DNA of 64,000 nt from Bacteroidia bacterium (GTDB taxonomy: Bacteria; Bacteroidota; Bacteroidia; 2-12-FULL-35-15), in NCBI GenBank assembly GCA_036386835.1, contig DASVUX010000003.1:8552-72551 (forward strand), given 5' to 3'. This document shows, piece by piece, positions 57,492-64,000 of this stretch; within the stretch, counting starts at the first letter, position 1; the number at the start of each line of letters is the position of its first letter. Both the position numbers and the translations under genes were made by a program. A model generated the notes under the pieces. That model was not told the DNA's origin, ran no database searches, and worked only from the letters and a program-made list of their open reading frames with translations.

Positions 57492-58136
57492 ATGAAAAGA
57501 GCGCTTTACGCATTCTCACTTTCAGCTATTATTTTTTTAGCCTCTTTTATTCCGGCTGAAGGAGGAGGAAATGATACAAAGTCTGAAAAGATCATTTCAA
57601 CATTCGTGGTTCAGTCATTCAGGGTCAGCAAAGACGGCATGGTGAGCTGGACGGCAACAAATGAACACGGTTCTCTTCCATATCTCGTGGAACAGTACAT
57701 TTTCGATAAATGGGTTAAAGTTGGGGAAGTAAATGGAATTGGGAGCCCAACTCCTAATTCATATTCAGTTCCGGTGATCCTCAGCAGCGGAGAAAATAAA
57801 TTCCGCGTCAGGCAAAAAGGATATGATAAAATCAGCCGTTTTTCTGATGCGGTGACCTATTATTCAAAAAAAGAACCTGTTTCTTATTCTGTTACCGACC
57901 ATAACCAGACCATTACTTTCACTGCTGATACTTACTTCATTATCTATAATCCTTATGGGGCTATCACCAAGCAAGGCTATGGAAATTATGTGGATATTTC
58001 TGATTACGCCAAAGGATACTATTGCCTGATCTATGACAATAAGCTAGGCGGATTTGAAAAGAAGAAAGTGCTCTTCAAAGAGAGCTTTATGCCTGTGGTT
58101 GTGAATCCTCCTGACTGGCTGAAAAAAAGGGATTAA
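57492..58136 (+). CDS. Secreted hypothetical protein
   Basis: Signal peptide MKRALYAFSLSAIIFLASFIPAEG at an internal ATG; no recognised domain. Confidence 0.4.
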   Translation: MKRALYAFSLSAIIFLASFIPAEGGGNDTKSEKIISTFVVQSFRVSKDGMVSWTATNEHGSLPYLVEQYIFDKWVKVGEVNGIGSPTPNSYSVPVILSSGENKFRVRQKGYDKISRFSDAVTYYSKKEPVSYSVTDHNQTITFTADTYFIIYNPYGAITKQGYGNYVDISDYAKGYYCLIYDNKLGGFEKKKVLFKESFMPVVVNPPDWLKKRD

Positions 58137-58170
58137 TTGTAGTTTTTGTTCACAAAAGCGGTCCTGCTTG

Positions 58171-59910
58171 CTATCGTTCCCCGATCTGCTGGCGCCACAT
58201 AGCATAATACAGCCCCTTTTGCAGAAGAAGGTCCTCATGCCTGCCATTCTCAATAATATTCCCTTTTTCCAGGACGAAGATCTTATCTGCATGCATAATT
58301 GTACTTAAGCGATGCGCAATTATTATTGTAATATGATTCTCATTCCGTGACAGGTCGCGGATAGTCCTTCCGATTTCTTCTTCAGTCAGCGAGTCGAGTG
58401 CAGACGTGGCTTCATCGAAAACCAACAGTGATGGCTTCCTGAGAAGAGCCCTTGCAATTGAAAGTCGTTGCTTCTCACCTCCAGAAACCTTTACGCCCCC
58501 TTCACCTATCATTGTATCCAGTCCATTGTCAGCACGGGCAAGCAATGTCTGGCATGCCGCTTTATTTAGAACATCCAAACATTCAGCCTCGGAGGCACCC
58601 GGTGCAACAAACAAAAGGTTTTCTTTAATGGTTCCTGCAAACAATTGTGTATCCTGGGTTACAAAGCCGATCTGCGAACGGAGCTGATCAAGATCGACCA
58701 CTTTACTGCTGTTATTATTATAAAGGATCTCACCTTCATGCGGCTGGTACAAACCTACGAGGAGTTTTACCAGCGTGGTTTTGCCTGAGCCTGACGGTCC
58801 TACGAATGCAATCGTTTCACCTTTATTTGCGTGGAAATATATTTTTTCAAGTGCATTGTTGGCGGCAGTCTGATGCCTGAATGTAACACCTTCGAATTTC
58901 AGCGTTTCCATTCCGTGGATGCTCACGGGATTCTTAGGCTTTACTTCTTTCGGGGTATTAAGGATAGACTGAAAATTATCAAGCGAAACTTCCGCTTCAC
59001 GGTAAATATTAATAATATTGCCCAGTTCCTGAAGCGGCCCGAAAATAAAGAATGAATAGATCTGCAGTGAGAACAGGTCACCAATTGTAAGTGTATCGCG
59101 AAAGATGAGGAACAGGAGAAGGAACAGGATGCAGCTCCTCAAAAAGTTTACGAATGTTCCCTGGATAAAACTGATGCTCCGGATGTATCTTACCTTTTTC
59201 AGTTCCAGCCCCAAAATCTTTAAGGTAGTGCCATTCAGACGTTTGATCTCCTGATCAGCCAGCCCAAGGCTTTTTACGAGCTCAATATTCCTGAGCGATT
59301 CTGTGGTAGAACCGGCCAGTGCGGTTGTTTCTCCAACGATTTTCTTCTGGATCTTCTTTATTCTTTTACTTAAAACAGATGTAATAAAGCCCAGGATAGG
59401 CACAGACGCAAAATAGACCGCGGCAATGACCCAATGAATATTGATTGCATAGATCATTACGAATACAACACCTACGAGTGAGGTAAAAAGGATATTTACA
59501 AATGAATTGATCAGTCGTTCAACATCCGTCCGTACCTTTTGAAGCTTACCGAGTGTTTCACCGCTCCGCTGGTCCTCAAACACCTGGTAAGGCAATTCCA
59601 GTGAGTGCTGCAGCCCGTCAGAATAAATCTGCGCGCCAAGCTTTTGTGTTATAACGTTTACATAATAATCCTGGAAGTTTTTTGCAATCCGCGAAACCAT
59701 TGCAAAGCCCATGGATAATAAAATAAGCCCTCCGACCCCCTTCAGGAATTCTTCTTTTGTATAATCATGCGGGTTACCGGCATATTCATCCACTATCCTC
59801 TTGAAAATAAGCGGATCAAGAAGTGAGAACACCTGGTTTATTGAGGCGAGCACAAGTGCCAACAGCACAAGTCCCTTGTATTTTTTCAGATAATTGAAAA
59901 GTAATTTCAT
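58171..59910 (-). CDS. ABC transporter permease/ATP-binding protein (type I exporter, MsbA-like)
   Basis: Six N-terminal TM helices plus C-terminal NBD (GPSGSGKTT, LSGGEKQRLSIARAL, LVFDEATSALD). Confidence 0.85.
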   Translation of the reverse strand: MKLLFNYLKKYKGLVLLALVLASINQVFSLLDPLIFKRIVDEYAGNPHDYTKEEFLKGVGGLILLSMGFAMVSRIAKNFQDYYVNVITQKLGAQIYSDGLQHSLELPYQVFEDQRSGETLGKLQKVRTDVERLINSFVNILFTSLVGVVFVMIYAINIHWVIAAVYFASVPILGFITSVLSKRIKKIQKKIVGETTALAGSTTESLRNIELVKSLGLADQEIKRLNGTTLKILGLELKKVRYIRSISFIQGTFVNFLRSCILFLLLFLIFRDTLTIGDLFSLQIYSFFIFGPLQELGNIINIYREAEVSLDNFQSILNTPKEVKPKNPVSIHGMETLKFEGVTFRHQTAANNALEKIYFHANKGETIAFVGPSGSGKTTLVKLLVGLYQPHEGEILYNNNSSKVVDLDQLRSQIGFVTQDTQLFAGTIKENLLFVAPGASEAECLDVLNKAACQTLLARADNGLDTMIGEGGVKVSGGEKQRLSIARALLRKPSLLVFDEATSALDSLTEEEIGRTIRDLSRNENHITIIIAHRLSTIMHADKIFVLEKGNIIENGRHEDLLLQKGLYYAMWRQQIGER

Positions 59911-60053
59911 AGGAAAAGTAAATTTTGCGCAAAGGTAAATAAAGGCATCCATTCCGGTACATTAAAAGAATGAGCACGCCTTTCAAATAAATAGTACATT
60001 TATCACAACTAATTAAAAAAGCTTACCGATAGAACCCCGGTTTACTCCGCCAG

Positions 60054-60440
60054 ATGAGAACTATCAGCAAAGTGGAATTACGTGCAAGCACTGTTATTCT
60101 AAGAGAAGATGGCATTATGCACTTTGATATCAAGCCTGTGGATGAGTTCACCAGGGAAGATGTGAATGATGTCCTGGATGTTGTTGCTGAAATTGGTGAA
60201 GGCCGGTCCTTTCCGAACCTTGTTACTATTGAAACGTTTGTTGAGATCAGCAAGGAAGCCAAGATCCTCTCCGCTTCCGATGAAGGCAACCGATACACCC
60301 TTGCAGATGCCTTTGTCCTGAAATCCATTTCGCTTAAGCTCTTCGGCAACTTTTACCTGACAATAAATAAACCTGTGAAGCCTACGCGACTTTTCACAGA
60401 TCCTGATTCAGCGATAAAATGGCTGAAAACATTCATGTGA
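60054..60440 (+). CDS. Hypothetical protein (possible STAS/SpoIIAA-like fold)
   Basis: 128-aa ORF; no strong motif. Confidence 0.3.
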   Translation: MRTISKVELRASTVILREDGIMHFDIKPVDEFTREDVNDVLDVVAEIGEGRSFPNLVTIETFVEISKEAKILSASDEGNRYTLADAFVLKSISLKLFGNFYLTINKPVKPTRLFTDPDSAIKWLKTFM

Positions 60441-60515
60441 AGAATACGCTTCATACTTAAAAATTCCGTTATTTTGCCTTACTAATCACAAACTAAATTA
60501 AACAAATAAAATCTT

Positions 60516-61517
60516 ATGAGAATCTTAAAAAAGATCCTGCTGGTACTAGCCGTGATATTCGGGCTTTTTATCCTTATTTCCTTATTCCTGCCTTCAAAGG
60601 TAAAGGTTGAACGTTCTGCAATGATCAATGCCCCTACTGCTGTGGTCTTTGGACAGGTAAATAATTTTCATCACTGGCCGAAATGGTCATACTGGGATAA
60701 TATAGATCCTGCAATGACCAATAAATATGAAGGTCCTGAGAGCGGTAAAGGTGCAAGGCACTTCTGGGAAAGCTCCCATAAAGATGTTGGTCATGGTAAC
60801 ATCACCATTGTTGAAAGCACACCTAATTCCATCATCTTAACTGATCTTGAATTTGAAGGCATGGGTACCAGTCATGGTGGATGGTTATTTAAAGATACCA
60901 CTGGCGGATGTGTAGCCACAACATATATGGAAATTGAAATGGGTTTCTTCCAAAGGGTGTTCGGACTGATGATGGATGGAATGCTTGGAGCTGACTTTGA
61001 AAAGAGCCTTGCAGGCCTTAAAAAGCATTGTGAGTCCCTTCCTGCTGTGGCTGCACAGCCTATAGTGGTTGAAAACACTACCACCAAAGAGCAGATAGTT
61101 GCCACATACAAGTGTACAACAAGCTTAAAGAATATTACCAATGACATTGGTACCAGCTACCAGAAGATCGGGGAGTTCATGCAAAAAAACAAGCTGGAAT
61201 TTGCAGGACCTGTATTTGCGATCTATCACAGTTTTTCACCTGAGAAGATCGAGATGGAGTGTGCTATTCCTGTTAACAAGGAAGTAAAAGGCTCAAAGGA
61301 TATTTCTGTGAAAAAGATGCCTGCCGGGAATGCAGTGGTCGCACATTATTACGGCCCTTATATGGGAACTGAGCTGGCACATGCTGAAATTGAAAAGTTT
61401 CTGAAAGCCAACGATAAAAAAGTAACAGGTTCGCCATACGAAGTATATGTAACTGATCCGGGTGTTGAAAAAGACACAGCCAAATGGTTGACTGAAGTTT
61501 ACTATCCTGTAGAATAG
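60516..61517 (+). CDS. Membrane-anchored SRPBCC-like domain fused to a GyrI-like small-molecule-binding domain
   Basis: N-terminal TM. The C-terminal half (GPVFAIYHSF...GPYMGTELAHAEIEKFLKANDKKVTGSPYEVYVTDP) matches the GyrI-like/AraC-effector-binding fold. Confidence 0.55.
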   Translation: MRILKKILLVLAVIFGLFILISLFLPSKVKVERSAMINAPTAVVFGQVNNFHHWPKWSYWDNIDPAMTNKYEGPESGKGARHFWESSHKDVGHGNITIVESTPNSIILTDLEFEGMGTSHGGWLFKDTTGGCVATTYMEIEMGFFQRVFGLMMDGMLGADFEKSLAGLKKHCESLPAVAAQPIVVENTTTKEQIVATYKCTTSLKNITNDIGTSYQKIGEFMQKNKLEFAGPVFAIYHSFSPEKIEMECAIPVNKEVKGSKDISVKKMPAGNAVVAHYYGPYMGTELAHAEIEKFLKANDKKVTGSPYEVYVTDPGVEKDTAKWLTEVYYPVE

Positions 61518-61536
61518 GATCAGATTACCATAAACT

Positions 61537-61570
61537 AAAAATGCTCGCTTAACGGTGAGCATTTTTTTTA
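61537..61570. terminator. Bidirectional rho-independent terminator
   Basis: atgctcgc-ttaacggt-gagcat followed by T8. Confidence 0.55.
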
Positions 61571-62218
61571 AACACTCCGGAGTTTTGCAGCTAAAACCTG
61601 CAAGGCTTCCGGATCAATTTCATGCTTTCCCCCGAACCGGATAAGATCATATTCCAATTCTTTTTCATGGAGTAAACTCAATTCGCGCTGCAAGGCGTCT
61701 TCAGTGATGAACGGGTCATTATCACCGGCCACCAGGTACAGCTTCACACCTTTCAGCTTCTCAACATCTTCTTTTGTTTGATCTGCCGGTAAAGCACCTG
61801 CCCACAGAACAAGATTTTCTGCCTTTGCCTGGCCTTGGCAGAACCAACGGCTTACTGTTGCCGTTCCCTGTGAGAAGAAACTGATTTTAAGGTCCTTATT
61901 ATGCAATTGTGAAATCACTTCAGTGTAAACATCATCCAGGAACTGCACATAATCGTTTATCTCATCCAGCCGGTCTTCTTTGGTCATCCACGAAGCAGCC
62001 ACCCTCCCCGAAAAACCATTAAGGTAAAAGCGGTTCAGCCCTTCAGGCGCCACTACTAAAACATTCTCCTTTTGCAATCCCTGGAAATTCCGGATAAAAT
62101 ATTCGGCAAGCTGCCCATAGCCATGACAAACAAACCATACTTCATCAATGTGTGAAGAAGGGGCTGCGGAAAGATAATACCGGCCGGTCCGGGAAACCCG
62201 GATCTTACTTTTGATCAT
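61568..62218 (-). CDS. Alpha/beta hydrolase (carboxylesterase/phospholipase-like)
   Basis: 216 aa; VCHGYGQ and FFSQGTA (GxSxG-like nucleophile elbow). Confidence 0.55.
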   Translation of the reverse strand: MIKSKIRVSRTGRYYLSAAPSSHIDEVWFVCHGYGQLAEYFIRNFQGLQKENVLVVAPEGLNRFYLNGFSGRVAASWMTKEDRLDEINDYVQFLDDVYTEVISQLHNKDLKISFFSQGTATVSRWFCQGQAKAENLVLWAGALPADQTKEDVEKLKGVKLYLVAGDNDPFITEDALQRELSLLHEKELEYDLIRFGGKHEIDPEALQVLAAKLRSV

Positions 62219-62232
62219 GATTAAAATTAAAT

Positions 62233-62268
62233 AAAAAAACCCTTCCGGAGGCCGGAAGGGTTTTAATT
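62233..62268. terminator. Rho-independent terminator
   Basis: aaaaaaa-cccttccgg-agg-ccggaaggg-tttt. Confidence 0.55.
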
Positions 62269-62281
62269 TATTTCTATTGAA

Positions 62282-63136
62282 CTATTGTTCTATAACAACA
62301 ACAAGGTATTTGGAAGCTCCCCAGAACTCCTCGGCATTCAGGATCGTTAACTTCTCAGCGCGCTCATTTGCACCTTCTATTTTATAAGAACCTGCAGGGT
62401 GAGTTGTAACCAGCTTCGCCTTCTTTGCCCCTAAAGGAATTACATTCATTGACGTGATATCCACTTTGGTAAAGTATTCTTTATTAAAATCAGATTTTAT
62501 TTTCTGGGATTTACCCAAACCGATGAATCCGCCTTCTTTTGTAAGCACACCATTTTTGATAAGCTCTTTTGCAGTTCCGAAAGCGTAATAAGCTGTATTC
62601 AGCTTTTCTGTTTTCACCTGCCCTGACTGGATCTCTTCCTGGTAAGTTGTGTTAAGGTTTGTCATTTCAATATTTAAACGCTCCAGCTCACCTTTCAGGT
62701 TATTGATCTGGGCATCTTTCTCTTCCAGGTCGGCAGTTAAACGGGTAATGAATTTTTCAAGCTCTTCATTCTTTTTATTTGATTGCTTCAGTTTAGAACG
62801 CATTGTTTCCAGGCGCTGCTTGTTTTGGTTCATTACGTCATAAATAGCCTGGATGTCAGCCACGATCTGATCTTCTTTTGATTTACGGGTTTCTGCATCT
62901 TTACTGTTTGCAGATACTATCTTTTCTTTTTCTTTGATCACATCCAGGTTATCCTGGATCTCATTGAACCCGCGGATAAATTCCTGGATACTGGAATCCT
63001 GGCGTTCGATGCGGACTTTTTGACCGCCACTTATAGCGGTTAGACTGTCTTCTGCAGACAATGCGCCTTCTTTATTACCGTTTTCACAACTGAATGCAAA
63101 TGGTAAAAATGCGATCAAATAAATTAATTTTTTCAT
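62282..63136 (-). CDS. Coiled-coil lipoprotein, hypothetical
   Basis: Lipobox LPFAFSC at an internal ATG. Central ~120 aa are strongly coiled-coil (KQRLETMRSKLKQSNKKNEELEKFITRLTADLEEKDAQINNLKGELERLNIEM). Confidence 0.5.
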   Translation of the reverse strand: MKKLIYLIAFLPFAFSCENGNKEGALSAEDSLTAISGGQKVRIERQDSSIQEFIRGFNEIQDNLDVIKEKEKIVSANSKDAETRKSKEDQIVADIQAIYDVMNQNKQRLETMRSKLKQSNKKNEELEKFITRLTADLEEKDAQINNLKGELERLNIEMTNLNTTYQEEIQSGQVKTEKLNTAYYAFGTAKELIKNGVLTKEGGFIGLGKSQKIKSDFNKEYFTKVDITSMNVIPLGAKKAKLVTTHPAGSYKIEGANERAEKLTILNAEEFWGASKYLVVVIEQ

Positions 63137-63291
63137 AGTTAGGGTGAATTGGTTGGTTTTATTGATTAAATTTTCAATGCAAAGGTTCGTAATAAAATTA
63201 CATGCCAACCGGAAATTCGATACATGGTTGTTTATTACCGATAGTTGGAGCGCAAATATATAATTTCCTGTCGGACCTTGTCGAATTTATC

Positions 63292-64000
63292 TTATTCTCC
63301 TTCTATATCGATATTCCTGTTGCTTTCATCAAGGATCCTGAGAACACCTTCAACACGATATGCGGTTTTATTGAATTTATTGGAAAGCACAATGATCGTT
63401 GTTCCATCGGAGGGCCGTCTTAAGAACAAACTGTTATACCCATGCCACCAGCCATTATGGTAAATTATTTTAGGATTTTTTCCATCATCCACAGTCCGCC
63501 ATCCATATCCGTAATTACGCTTTCCTTTATGTTCATTGCTGTAACCCTTGTAAGCCTCCTCAATTGTGCTCTTTTTCAAAAGGACTTCCGAATACAAAGC
63601 ACGGTCCCATTTAAAAAGGTCCTCAACAGTAGAATACACCCCTTTGTCGCCTGTCACATCATCTGCATATGTATCATCCTCCGGCTTTCCGAGCCCGTTA
63701 TAACCCCGCGTTACTTTTTTACCCTCTGCCTTCCTGTTCACATCATGCACCCACGTATCATTCATCCCTAAAGGTTTGAAGATATTTGTTTCCATAAATT
63801 CCGAGAATGGTTCACCCGACACCTTTTCCACGATAAGGGCTAAAAGTGCATAATTCGTATTGCAGTATTCGAATTTTCTACCTGGTTTTGCATAAACAGC
63901 CGGTTTGTGCACCTTCATAATTTCCAGCATGGCCTTATTGTTAAAGCAGCTTCCATTATATGCATTAGACTTATCACAGAAAGGCTCACAGAAATAAACA
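63292..64000 (-). CDS. Beta-lactamase-family serine hydrolase (class C/PBP4-like), C-terminal part; gene continues past the window end
   Basis: YxN-region motif (YCNTNYALLALIVEKVSG) and HNGWWHGY. The frame stays open to position 64000 with no SxxK seen yet. Confidence 0.65.
   Translation of the reverse strand, partial: VYFCEPFCDKSNAYNGSCFNNKAMLEIMKVHKPAVYAKPGRKFEYCNTNYALLALIVEKVSGEPFSEFMETNIFKPLGMNDTWVHDVNRKAEGKKVTRGYNGLGKPEDDTYADDVTGDKGVYSTVEDLFKWDRALYSEVLLKKSTIEEAYKGYSNEHKGKRNYGYGWRTVDDGKNPKIIYHNGWWHGYNSLFLRRPSDGTTIIVLSNKFNKTAYRVEGVLRILDESNRNIDIEGE

Noticed and set aside
1-64000. Searched for prophage, integrase/transposase, tRNA or rRNA genes, and toxin-antitoxin or restriction-modification systems
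   Set aside because: No translated frame shows integrase (R..H..R..Y), DDE transposase, methyltransferase (DPPY/NPPY) or tRNA cloverleaf-like sequence. The window appears to be chromosomal backbone with accessory surface-protein genes, not a mobile element.

Overview
This is a Bacteroidota-type chromosomal segment of about 42% GC. Several promoters carry the TAnnTTTG -7 motif typical of the phylum, and many proteins end in type IX secretion (T9SS) C-terminal sorting domains. No rRNA, tRNA, CRISPR array, transposase or integrase was found. Housekeeping genes include ettA, a thiolase, a cystathionine beta-synthase (CBS-domain protein), a membrane H+-pyrophosphatase, a UbiA prenyltransferase, sanA, ABC transporters, an SDR oxidoreductase and a NamZ-like DUF1343 protein. 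Around them is an unusually dense set of T9SS cargo proteins: two S8 subtilases, a BNR/sialidase-like protein, an SBBP propeller protein, a 1384-aa RCC1-repeat protein with dockerin-like and cohesin-like modules, and a 1606-aa repetitive adhesin with a type-B CTD. The adhesin is paired with a downstream PorP/SprF-SPOR fusion. The main candidates for something new are: (1) a five-gene dlt-like operon (adenylation enzyme, carrier protein, MBOAT, DltD-like protein, secreted protein); (2) an ~850-bp intergenic array built from a ~365-bp tandem duplication of short hairpin (REP-like) elements, with dispersed copies elsewhere in the window; (3) a membrane H+-PPase carrying a ~109-aa cysteine-rich, Csp/metallothionein-like C-terminal extension; (4) a cluster of three or four secreted TonB-C-domain-only proteins around an ECF sigma/anti-sigma pair; (5) three tandem paralogous lipoprotein genes with conserved TAATTTTG promoters; (6) a near-identical 528-bp intragenic tandem duplication inside the giant adhesin; (7) a frameshift that splits the sanA membrane anchor from its body.
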